DNA of 64,000 nucleotides. It comes from Psammoneis japonica (Eukaryota). The translations under genes were made by a program, and so were the position numbers. The notes below the pieces were generated by a model. The model was not told the DNA's origin. It saw nothing but the letters and a program-made list of their open reading frames with translations, and did no database searches. How positions within the stretch are numbered: the first letter of the stretch is position 1; each line of letters starts with the position of its first letter. The stretch is taken from assembly GCA_008632985.1 (NCBI GenBank), contig QPGO01000085.1, positions 186,001 to 250,000 of the forward strand, read 5' to 3'. This document shows positions 1-11,374 of the stretch, piece after piece.

Positions 1-1920
1 CTCTTGATCACAGACCAGTGGTTGCTTGGTGGTGGTGACAGTTGATTCAGTGGTTCTGAAGGGACAAGCCAGCACCAACTTCCCATGTGGGACAGTGCCG
101 GCTCATCTGGCTGGATGGAACTCAAGATCTGCAAAGGCAGAAATGAGTTGCACATGCAACTGCAATGCTCATGCAAGTGTTGACAAAACCACATGCTTCA
201 GAGTGGGGTCTTTGCCATTTCTCTGAGAGTTTGGCAACAATGGCATGCAGGGCAGCTTTTCTTCTTTTCTGATTGACCCGTCACATGACACAACCAAAGG
301 GGCAAAGTGGCATCGTTGGTCAAGGCAAGGCTTGAGGCACTTGCACTTTTTCTCCTTTTCATGGGCCTCTGGGACTTTTTCTGGATCTTTCAAGTGATGC
401 AATTTTGCATCCGTGTCTGCAACTTGGACATCAAACATGGCATCAGTCAATCTTTGTCACCAACCTCACACTGGAATGTCACCTCGGTCACCTGTCTTTT
501 GACTTGCGAAGGTTCTTGGAGACATTGGCTTGCCCACTCTTCTTGGTGTTGTCCACTGAGCTCCTTGAGTTGTGGATGGGGTTGGTTTTGAGGTTTGTCA
601 CATGCTGAAGAGGGCTTGGTGGATTTGCCAAAAAGATCAGCCAGCTCGTCTCTGACTTTGTCATGTCAAGAGATGACTGGGCCACTTTCTTGCACTCCAG
701 TGCATGTTGTGTAGAAAATTTGCATCCATGTCCATCACACTCCTGGGGCAGGTTGGGAGGTGTTTCAGCACAGTGCACATGAAGGGCATCATGGAATTCG
801 TTGCTCGACAGCTCCACTCCATTCACGATGGAAGGGTGGACAGACAGCCAAGCACCTGTTTGTGTGCTTCTTCGCGTGGCTCTGGCTTTCTTGTCCTGCA
901 GAGTGCTGAGGCCATTGCAAAGTTTGCACTTGTTTGCAACATTCTTGTGCTCCAGAATGGTTGACTTGACTTCTTGGAGGTTTCTTGGTGAACCGCCGAT
1001 TGGAACTGAGCGCTCACCAGGGTGCTCGATTCACAGTTGTCTGGGGCAGACTTTGTGGGATGAGGGATTGAAAGTCCAGAAAATTTGATGGGTGGGGCGG
1101 ACAGGGCAATCCTGGGATCATCTTGGTCAACGTGTCATTGAAGAGTGCCGGCAGGAAGTGACAAGTGATCGCTTCCTCACTCTCTGCAAACGAGTCACAC
1201 CGCAGTTCTTCGCCACACACTGGACGCATTGCCACTCATGTTGCAGAGATTTTTGAATCCCTGCATGCACCATCTGGGGACACTTTGCTGCAATGTTGGC
1301 TGGACCTTTGACTGCGCTTGTCCACTTCTCGGACTTTTCCTCCATTCATTTCCTGAGTTCTTTCTCCCCTCGCCGATGAAACCGCCACATGGCGTCTGCC
1401 TCTTCCAGTGGTGACAGAGAAGCCAAGGTCACCAAAGTGACACTTTGCTGCCTCCAAGTTGCAACTTGTGACTGCTGAGATGTTCTTCTCATTGTCGTCG
1501 GGGTGACATCTGACTTGTGAACCTGGGGGGCTCTCGCAAGCGCAGGAAGAATGCTCTGATTCTTTCAAACCTTCCTGCGGCAGCTGAGTTGTCAGCACAC
1601 CATGGTGTGAACATGCCAGGGAATTCTTCATTGAGTTGCTTGACTGGTGGCAGAAGTCCCAGTCCGCAAGCAACCATTGCAAGCAGGTCGCCCTGCGTGA
1701 CACCTTCCTTGCGAAGAGGAAGAATGCCGTGCCGAAGTGTCCCCTCGGATGACTGGGACACTCCAATGCTTGCAGCAGTCAAATGTGAATCGGGTGCCAG
1801 AGGGCCAGATGTGTCCAACGCTGCAGAGCATTGGGATCCCATTCTCCTCGTTGAAGCCGTTGAAGGTGTCGATGAAGAGGAATCCGAGTTCGTCTTCGAA
1901 TTTGTTCTGACACAAAGAAT
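1..1920 (-). mobile_element. Decayed, 5'-truncated non-LTR retrotransposon with RT and C-terminal restriction-like endonuclease (CRE/R2-like RLE group)
   Basis: Minus-strand fragments GFLFIDTFNGFNEEN, EGVTQGDLLAMVACGLGLLP and PWCADN (decayed WYADD) are RT motifs. HALECKK is a zinc-knuckle remnant. DAMFDVQVADTDAK..HEKEKKCKCLKPCLDQRCHFAPLVVSCDG is an RLE motif. Many frameshifts; Tyr replaced by Cys/His. Confidence 0.88.
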
Positions 1921-1921
1921 T

Positions 1922-2451
1922 GACACGGGATCCACGGGTGCACCCGGGAATTGCGGGATGAAAGGGGAAAGGGGCAAATGGGAATGTTGGGAAAGCAAGG
2001 GGCCATCATTTTACATTGAGGGACCCTTAGTCAGCCGAACACGCACATTTCTCATTTGACCATCATAGGTCCGTCTCATGGGGGGTGCCAAAACGTCGTG
2101 CTTTGCCGCGTCTCGAGGATTAATCGTTATATAATTTATTCAGCTATTGAGGTTATATAAAATTGAAAATTCACACATTTAAAGCACGACATTTTGACAC
2201 CCCCCGTAGACGACCTGTGATGGTCAGATGAGAAATGTGCGTGTTCGGCTCACTAAAGGGACCCTAAAGATACCACCATTTGCACTCAATGATCGATTTC
2301 GACCAAATGCACACTTTTTGCCATACCCTGGTGTTGCCTGGTGAATCCGTGGATGCGGTGGTAAAATAATAGCATGTCACTTTTCCACAATTCACATTTG
2401 CCCTCCCTTTCATCCCGCATTTCGCAGATTCCCCTGGTGCCTGTGCTTGTC
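1922..2451. mobile_element. Older MITE-like element with degenerate ~90 bp terminal inverted repeats, containing a nested MITE
   Basis: tgcgggatgaaaggg..gggcaaatg..attttac (~1952-2014) is the imperfect reverse complement of gtaaaat..catttgccctccctttcatcccgca (~2361-2419). Confidence 0.55.
2020..2264. mobile_element. PIF/Harbinger (Tourist)-like MITE
   Basis: ~85 bp near-perfect inverted repeats (2020-2104 and 2181-2264) around an AT-rich core. Ends are GGG...CCC. Flanks tga/taa are consistent with a TWA target duplication. Confidence 0.75.
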
Positions 2452-2609
2452 GGAATTGGCACGTTTCGCGCGCGATTAGTACGGCGTTTTCCTAGATGAC
2501 GCTTGCTGCTGTCACTTCTTTTTCAACTAACTGCCGCCCGCTTATTGGCTTGGATGGATGCACACACCACCAGAGATGAAACAGGATCATTTGATATTCG
2601 TCTTTTGCC

Positions 2610-3904
2610 ATGAAGACTAATAATGTAACAAATGCTCTCACTGTCGCTCTGTTTGCGTGGTTGCTTTTAACCATTTTGATTTTGTGGAACGTTTGGGTGA
2701 AGAAGGCGACGAGTGAGGTTGGTGAATCACCACTTCTTCACAGCCATGTTGTTTCACGAGCGCAGTGGTTTCGTCAACAAAAAAGCATCCAAGCCAGTTT
2801 CCGCCGATTGAAAAAGAAAAAATCAACATCGTTCCAAACAAATTTCATTAAAGAATGAAAGATCGTCCTGGATCACGGGAAACATGCACAACGTTTTCGC
2901 GGAGCTCAAACAGAAGAAGGCAGAGAACAACTTTTCAGCCAGAGACGTACCAGGAGGGATGAAAATATTCCCACAATATCTTTTCGGCCAGATATTGTAA
3001 GGGATTTGGAGAGCTTGAAGAATTTGGAGAGCTTGAAGAAATTGGAGAGCTTGAAGAACGACCCAAGGCGGACACTAGTTCATTTACACATTAGCAAGAG
3101 TGGTGGTACATCATTTGATGGGATTGGGGACAATCTCGCAAAAGACTCGGGACGAAACTACGTCGGTCATCGCCACTTTGATTGGTCTTATATTGACAAG
3201 CTATCGAATGTCACAAAGGTAGACGTAGTCATGTTCTTGCGACACCCTGTCCCTCGCGCAGAAAGTCATTTTTATTTCATAAAGAACCAGATATGGACAA
3301 GGCAGCTTCCAATGTACAACCAAACAATCGAAAGTACCTTCATGATCCAAAATCATTGTTACAATGCCGTGATGTGTGGCAGGATCAACAAGCGTCCATC
3401 ATGTGGCTGACAGGAAACCACATTGCCAAGTGGGCACATGGTACAGGACATATATCTCCCGAAGAAAGAGACGAAATGGAGAAGCGAGGGTTGGACTACG
3501 TCAAGATGTGCCATCTTGCAGCAAAGCGGTTGAATCAAACATTGTGGTTTGGTATCTTGGAGGACCGTGAACGCTCAATGGAGCTCTTACAACATGCCCT
3601 CAAGCTCGACTATAGGCCTGAGCTCCCAACAGCCAACACAGGGGGAAGAAAAAAGCAGGCTCAACCACTCTCCGAATGGTCCCGAAAAGCGTTCGAATCT
3701 CTCATGCCACAGGATATCTGGCTCTATAATTACGCCAAGACTTTGTTTGAGGCACGATGGGTTGAATACAAGACTGGAGTCTTTACGGCACCAGAGTTAC
3801 CACCCCTACCAGATTTGCCTTGCAGATCGACTCGCTTCGAGCTGAATTGCACATCGGGTCCACTGGCTGAGTCTGGACCCCTCCACTTTAAGCACATATT
3901 TTAG
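2610..3904 (+). CDS. Golgi-type (type II membrane) sulfotransferase, copy 1; frameshifted (pseudogene or assembly error)
   Basis: N-terminal TM helix; HLHISKSGGTS (5'-PSB motif) and FLRHPVPRAESHF (3'-PB motif). Paralogous to 11375-12523. Frame breaks near 2820 and 3335. Confidence 0.8.
3005..3059 (+). repeat. 18-bp tandem repeat x3 encoding LESLKN/K in the sulfotransferase stem
   Basis: ttggagagcttgaagaa occurs three times in tandem. Confidence 0.9.
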
Positions 3905-3984
3905 AATGGTAAATAATCGCTGGGCCTACTCAGTAAAGACTGCTGTTTTTTTTTTAATGAATAAGCTGTCATCTACAGTAGAGT

Positions 3985-4214
3985 TTACCTCAAGAAATGC
4001 CTGTTTGGCTGCTTGATGTTTTCTTTTATATTCAATTCCTCCAACTTCTTGTCCATTTCATCTGCAATCTCTGTGGGGTAAAGTTCCTTTGGAAGTGGTG
4101 TCTAATTGTCACCACCCTGTCCCTTTCTGCATTCCCCATGGATGCTTTCTTTGCATTTTGAAACCTGATCATGTCCAAGCAGCACCCATGATTAAAGAGA
4201 AAATGAGCATGTTC
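3985..4214 (-). pseudogene. 3' remnant of a paralog of the 14242-15441 methyltransferase, truncated by an insertion
   Basis: EHAHFLFNHGCCLDMIR aligns to EHAHLLADHGCYLDTVR; ttcctttggaagtggtgtct is shared. Homology stops abruptly after gagcatgttc (~4214). Confidence 0.85.
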
Positions 4215-7200
4215 AAAACACCTCTCTTTTCCCCATTCTTGATGCTCACTCTCATCTTCACTCATTCATCCCCACATTTGTCCACACTGGTGGTGTGCCA
4301 TCCATCATTTTTGCTGAGAGCAAATTTCCTTTGGAGGCCTGCCATCTCTTGGCTTGGTTCATCTCCACTTTTGACTGTGCATGTTGATCGGCAACACAAA
4401 AGGCCACAATGACATGGCTTGTCACTGCAACTCCCATTCCAGCAACATTTCCCAGATGAAGAGGGACTGTGACACTCCCCCCAGCATTTTAGCAACAATC
4501 CCTTGTTTGCTTGCAATTTGGTGGAACAAGAGAACATCCAGGGCATGGTGGAGGCTTCCATCGTGGCTGTGGAGGAAAGGCATCATGGCAAGGTGACTCT
4601 GCTGCTTGTGAACGGTGCAAGGATGTTTCCCAGCACTTGGCTCATCCCATCTTTTGGGATGTTCCTCATGGCAGAGGAAAGCATGGCATTTGCGGCATGC
4701 TCCCATGGGAGCTGTTGCATGCCTTGCACTTTGGTCTTTACAAGCACTCACTTCATGCATTCTTCAACTTGTGTCAAGTCCCAGAAGACATGCTGTCATG
4801 GTGCCACAACGTCATGTTGGTGACTGGGAAGCCACAATGGACAAATGACCATCTGTTGCCTTCAAGGAGCTCCCTGAGTTGTTTGATGAAGCTGAGTTCA
4901 AGAGACACTTCAGAGTTGCAACACATGCGTCCTGAAGACAAAGTGATTGAAAGATGCCAAGAACTCCATTTAAGAATGGAGCCACATGCCAGACTCGTCT
5001 TTCTGGCCAAGAGCATCCAGGTTTGTTGCTGGCAACACTTGCTGCAATGAAAGGCATGCTGTCAAAAGAAGACAACAGCCTTGAGCCACTGGAGAGTCAC
5101 TTTGCCCACCCAATGCTCATGTCATTCGGATTGGATGCAGCACTGTCCATGTCCTCTGACATGGAAAGCTTTCTCACTTGGCTTCAGAAAGGCCTTGTCA
5201 AGCATCTCCAATTGTTTCAATCCACAGTCGGCCCATTCAGAGAGTGCCGTTCTTGCTCCGGACTTTGCATGTCCAAGTTCCACAGCCTTTTTCACTTTCT
5301 TTTTTATGTGCATCAGTGTGGCAATGCCAACAATTTTTTTGGTGGATTCTGTGAAGCTCTTCTCAAGATGCTTCTTGAGCAACCTGCCAAAAACACATCA
5401 TTGACAGGACAGGCTGGACCTTGACATGTGATGAATTGTTGCTGCAAGGACCTTGTGGTCAGGGAATCAGAGAAACATTTGCTCAAGGCAGGTTGGCTGT
5501 GTGGACAAGAGGAAAAGGCTCTGCTGTTGCTTCATCATCTAATTGCACATGCACGGACCCCGCAACAGGATTCAAACCTCACAAATCTGTGTTGACAGCT
5601 GCCTGCATTGCAGTGGCAGGTCAAGTCAACAGATCATGGTCTGTAAAACATGGCAACAAGCAGCTGGAGACACTGTCCTCCTGTCCATTTGTTCCAGGTC
5701 ATTGTGGCAATGAATGGGCGGCTGCATTGCTGGATCATGCAGATCAGTGCAAAGCTTTCCCATTGACCCCATCAATTTTCATTTTGGATGTGATGCTCCA
5801 GCTCCTCCAATGACAAACATGACATCCTGAGATGTCACCCAAACTTTCACTCCCATCTGTGGGAACAAAGGAGTTGGCATGCTGGGCCATGGTCAGCTGG
5901 GACAACAACGAAATGAGCTGTTCCGTTGCTGCACGTGTGTTGTTGTGGGCAACCTTTGAAAACAAAGCAACCGGCCACAAATCAATGGTTTGTGCCATCC
6001 AATCTCTTTGAAGCTTCAAACCATCAAAAGATTCTTTGCTTTCCTTTTTTTGTTGGTGATGAAATGGAGCCCGATGTCTGAGTTGTTGATGCTTCTGATG
6101 TTTTGTCTGCTGCCTTTGTCCTCCCATCAACAAGAAGGTCCCCACAAGACCACTTTCCTGACAATTTGGAGGACACCACCCATTTTGTTGTGATTCTGCT
6201 AAGAACTGACTGGTGCCAGATGACTGCGTCATCAACAGAGGAACATTTGGACCCTGAAAACTTGGGTGAGTGCTGGCAAATGCTTGAAACATGCAACCAA
6301 ACATTGTCCCCTGTCAAATTTTAACCAACAAGCCATCACAGTTAATTGGTTGCATCAGTGGAGTCCAATGACAGTGATCCCATGGACAACAATGATTCGA
6401 TGCTGTCTGTGGGGGGCTCTGTTGACAGCAAGTCAAGCTCAGAAAATGTTTGTCCATGATCAATGTTTGTTTTTGGCGAGCTGATGAAAGAGAGGTCAAG
6501 AGCTGTCTTTTGCTTGGGAAAAGCACCGCTGTGCTGTTCTCCACTGTCATCGTCAAATGTTCATTTCTCCTTTGCAACCGTTCTTTTTGGTTGACTAGAA
6601 AGTCTGCCTTCAACCCCACTGACAAGGATGGGGACACAACCAAACACTCATTCACCATGTCATGCAAAGTCTGCAGCAAGGGGACTGTGTTCTTTCCCCA
6701 AAAAGCATCGCAGCTTGGGTGTGGCATGCATCCCAGGCAGTTTGCTTTCAGCTCTGATGTGATGCACTGAACCAACTCACATTTTCCAATGCTTTTCTCT
6801 GACAAGGAATTGCCAAGCAACAACACATTCAATGGTTTGCAGCATTGCAAAAAAGCTTTTGTGTGTCCCTTCCATGCAACTTGAACAATGTCCCTGTGTT
6901 GTTTCACACCAAAGGCCACTTTGGGTGTTGTGCATTTTCTTCCAGTCTGTTGGTTGCACCCAACTTTTGTGTTTCCAATGCCACTGTGCAGTGGAAATGG
7001 TGAAACATCAGCCAGCACAATGCCCCTGTTCTTGGCTTGGTCGAGCATGCACACTCTTTGTTTTGTTGTTTTTTCCTTGCGTGAATCAAGTGTGTTGTTC
7101 TTTGGGCCACACATCATTGTTTGTTTGATGGCAGAGAATGCAGAGAAAAGAGTTGAAAAAGAGGGGAAAAGTGTTTGCATCACCTGCATCACCGTGATTG

Positions 7201-8203
7201 GAAACACAGACCCCGTGATGTTTCTCAATGATGCTTTGCAGGACTGTGGGAAACAAGGCACTGCCGGCCTTGGGTGGCAGAATGTGTTCGATTTGTGTTC
7301 GGAGGTGGGAAGCAAAGGCATTTTGTTCTTGACCTTCCCATGAAGTTGAGGGCCAACGGGCCAACCTTCTTCTGAAACTTTTGACAAACTTCAGGCTTGT
7401 GGAATTCATTGTCAGACCTGTCCTTTTCATTTTTCGGATTTTTTGGGAAAAGATGTTCCCAAGCCATCAAGGCAAAGGGACATTTGGAGTTTGCGCCGGC
7501 ATCCAGGAGTGAATGGTGATTCATGGTGTTGCCAATCCCTTGTTTGGACAGAAAACCCAGAGAGAATAGAAGAGAACTGCCCACCTTTGAGTTGCCCATC
7601 TTCTTTGCAAGGTTGGTCTCCAAATTTGTCATTTTGCTGGCATGAAGGGTCTGTTTCTGAGCTTTCTGGAGAGAGGATGTGGTCTTGTTGGCAGTTTCTT
7701 GCACATCTTTTTGTTTTGGTTTTTGCAGAAGCCATGCATCAACCAGCAAAACAAAAGCCACATTCTGCAATCTTTGCCAGACATTTGGTTTGGGTTCATG
7801 CCACAAATGGTGCGATGCTTGGAGGCTCCAAGCAGCTCGGCAGTCTTGTGGGAAGGGACTTCATTGTGCTGCTGGAGAAATTCAATGTCCTCTTTTTGAA
7901 TTGGAGAGCAACAGTTCTCAGACACATCATTGGAGGAGTTGGCTTCTTCGTTGGTGGAGGCAGCAGCTGCGGCAGCAGCTGCAGGGTTGTTGGCCGGCGG
8001 AGCAGCTGTGCAGATGGAGAGCCTTGAGGATGCCAAGGGCCAGTCCTGGAGCCTTGCCTGGGTGGCCTGTTGGCAGCAGCTTGGCCTGGTGCTTGAGCAC
8101 CTCCACTGCGACCTCTGCCACAGCCACCTGTGCCGCTGGTGTTGCTGGCATTGTTGCGGCCAGCCACTGGCGGGCTCACCTTCTTCCTTTTTTTGGGCGG
8201 CAT
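4215..8203 (-). pseudogene. Large decayed coding region of unknown origin: N-terminal NLS-like motif and possible UDG-superfamily-like domain
   Basis: Starts MPPKKRKKV at 8203. The 6314-7387 frame contains RGIVLADVSPFPL, KPLNVLLLG and MPHPS. TpA is nearly absent throughout. Confidence 0.4.
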
Positions 8204-9479
8204 GGTCAACAAGAGCACAAAATGGAAAAAAAGGATTGAGTGAAGTCCTGGAAATGGGAGTGCAAAGGCAAAAATGTGAAATTTCCAATCTCAACAAGAA
8301 CACTTTAATGTGATGAAATGAAGCTTGTTGAACAAATTTGAGACATCAATGGCCACATGATTCATCGAGGTTGTTTGAAATCATTCAAACCATCGCATCA
8401 CAATGCAAAGATTGAAAATTTTAAAACCAAATGTTGTTGCTAAAAAAGAGATGCTGGTGGGAATCAACAGATGGTGAGGTTTACAGTTTGGCCAAAAACC
8501 AAAAACACGAATTGTCCCTCCCCCTCAAGACACAGAAAATGCAAACTCAAGGCGCAAGCAATGAGAGAGGCAGTGACAGGCAGCAGCATTGCGGCTGGGA
8601 CAGGATCAAGCACAGGACACAAGGTGAGAAAGACAAAACAAGTGGTGAGTGCATGGAGATGGGGTGCACAATCCAAGCAACTGACACTTGCACACATCTT
8701 TGCACACAGAAATCCAGACAAGGGACGTGGGCAGCAACGGAAGATGGAGCAGCAATGGAAGACGGGGCAGCGGGGATGGGCAACAAGCAAAACCCACTTT
8801 TTGGTGTTTGCATGGTTCAGGCAACACAGAGGGGGGCACTGACAAGCCTTTTTTGTCACATCTGCTGCAGACCCAGCGTTTTTCTTGGCAGGCAGAGGGG
8901 CCGCCATGATGTGACCATGAGAGAGAGGGAGGCTGGCCACCACTGTTTTGTGCTGGTGTGGGGAGCCTCAAAATTTTCCAAACAGAGCAAAGATGGTGTT
9001 CTTCATTTTGCAATTTTCCAAGACCAGGTGGCATGATCACACGTCGATCTCAGTGTTGACACTGCAGTCACATTGAGTCCTGTGTGAGATGCTGCTGGAT
9101 GGAAATCTCTTCGAGGGGTGTCCGTCAGCCAATGGACCATGGAGATTTGAAAAAAATGGTTGCACTTGGCCTGTCCTTCCATGCGTTCACAAAACTTGTG
9201 TGGGATTCTACACACGCAACATTTCGTGGGGCGATGCTGAAATGGCAGTTGCGCCAATCAGGCCTCATTCAAATTTGTGTGAGAGGCCAACACAAATGGC
9301 ACTTTCACGATGATGATGCGGCGGCGGCGTCTTCAGCACGTTCCCGCAGCCATGCCACAGCAAATGCTTCTAGATGTGACAATGTGTTGGAAAGTTTGAA
9401 AGAGATCTGTCTCATTGGTGGCGTCTCTGACGGTGTTGTTTTCAACATAAATTTGTGGACTGGACCACACATTGTGGCA

Positions 9480-10720
9480 GGGCTGAATGTGGCAGCACTG
9501 GTGGCGGCAGGAGCCTTTTGCTGCTTTTGCACTGGGGGTGGCTGGAGCCTGTGCACCACTGTCCTTTTTTATCTGGTGGCAGTTGGCACCCCTGCATGAT
9601 GCTGGTGCTGGTGGTGGTTGGAGCTTTTTTGCTGTTGGCCAGTGGTTGCAGTGGGATCCTGTGTGTCGCTGCCACTGCAGCACTGGTGGCGGTGGGATCC
9701 TGTGTGCTGCTGGCACTGGAGGTGGTTGGAGCCTTTTGCTGCTAGAACTGGTGACAGCAGCAGCCTGTGTGCTGCTGCTGTAGCACTGGTGGCGGTGTGA
9801 GCCTGTGTCCGGCGGTTGGAGCCTGTGCACTGGCAGCCATCGAGGCGTTTGGAGCCTTGTCATGTGATGTCGGTGGGTGCCCCTGCATGCTGTTGGGACT
9901 GGTGGTGGTTGGAGCTTTTTTGCTGCTAGCCAGTGGTTACGGTGGGAGCCTGTGTGTCAAGGCCAGCACTGGTGGCGGTGTGATCCTGTGCAGCACTGGC
10001 ACTGCAGGCGGTTGGAGCCTTTTGCTGCAAGCACTGGCGGGCAGCAGCAGCCTGTGTGCTGCTGCTGTAGCACTGGTGGTGGTGTGAGCCTGAATCCTGT
10101 ATGTTTGCTGGCACCAGCGGCGGTTGGAGCCTGTGTGCAACCATCTTTTTTTATCTGGTGGCGGTTGGCACCCCCGTGTGATGCTGGCACTGGTGGCAGT
10201 GGGAGGCTGCATCCTGCACAGCTGCCAGCACTGGCGGCAGTTGGAGCCTGTGCACCACTGTCCTTTCTATCTGGTGGCAGTGGGTGCCCCTGTATGATGC
10301 TGGCACTGGTGGCAGTGGGAGGCTGCACCCTGCACAGCTGCTGGCGCTTGCGGCGGTTGGAGCCTGTGCACCACTGTCCTTGTCATCTGGTGGCGGTGGG
10401 TGCCACTGGCATTCGAGGCGGTTGGATTCTTTTTGTCTGGTGTTGATGGTGCCCCTGCATGCTTCTGGCAGTGGTGGTGATTGGAGGTGTTTTGCTGCCA
10501 GCAGTGGTGGCAGTGGGAGCCTGTGTGCTGCTGGCAGTGGTGGCGGTGGGAGCCTGTGCACAACTGCTGGCAGTGGTGACGGTGGGCGCCTGTGTGCTGG
10601 TGGCACTGGAGGCGGTTGGAGCCTTTTGCTGTGGGTGCTGGTGGCAGTGGGAGCCTGTGTACTGCTAGCACTGGCAGTGGTTGGAGCCCATGTAACACAC
10701 CAACCGTCGGCGGCGGGATC
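9480..10720 (-). repeat. Degenerate ~33-36 bp coding-like tandem array (Pro-rich HRLPPPPVPAA or APTATSAS frames)
   Basis: Many copies of gcactggtggcggttggagcctgtg variants, plus a higher-order ~100-bp unit at ~10120-10410. Confidence 0.8.
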
Positions 10721-11374
10721 TTGACCGGTGGCGACTCGTGGAGAGATTGCTTGGGGGTTTCAATGCAATCACATGTTTAAAAACCAGTGCTTTAGATTAT
10801 TAACGTAGATCTTAATGATGGTGATCTCTTGTCTCTATATTCTTTTGATGATGTGGTGCAATAGTGTCTTCTTTTTAGCATCGCGGCCGATGATTCACCA
10901 CACTAGCTACTTGCACCACGTCTGATTTTCATCTCGGATGCATGGCGACGGACGGACAGTGCGACCAATTTTTCCGAATCTCCATAGTCCATTCGAAAAG
11001 TCATTGAAGTGATTGACACTTTCCGATCTTTGGACAAATACCACATGCATGGATGATGATTCGTCACGAGGTTTTTTCTCTCACACATTTCCCACACGAC
11101 ACAGCATTTGAACAACGTTTGGCATCGGTTTCGATTCTGTTCTTTTTGCCGAGCAACTTAAGCAGTGCGCAAGGGCTCCAGGTGCTGCATCGAGGGATAA
11201 CATCCTCCTCGCTCTTCAGTGCAAGGACCAGTCGAGTCTACGCCGGGTCGCGTTATTTTCATATTATTTTCATATGCCGTGAGGTGGCCCCTTTTTCAAC
11301 TGCCCCCACCTGCTTTTGCTCGATGCGCACAAGAAAGACACGGCAACGTAGAAATAAAGTCATTGGATAGTTTG

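Noticed and set aside
9480..10720. CRISPR array
   Set aside because: Units are degenerate and contiguous with no unique spacers, there are no cas genes, and the context is eukaryotic.
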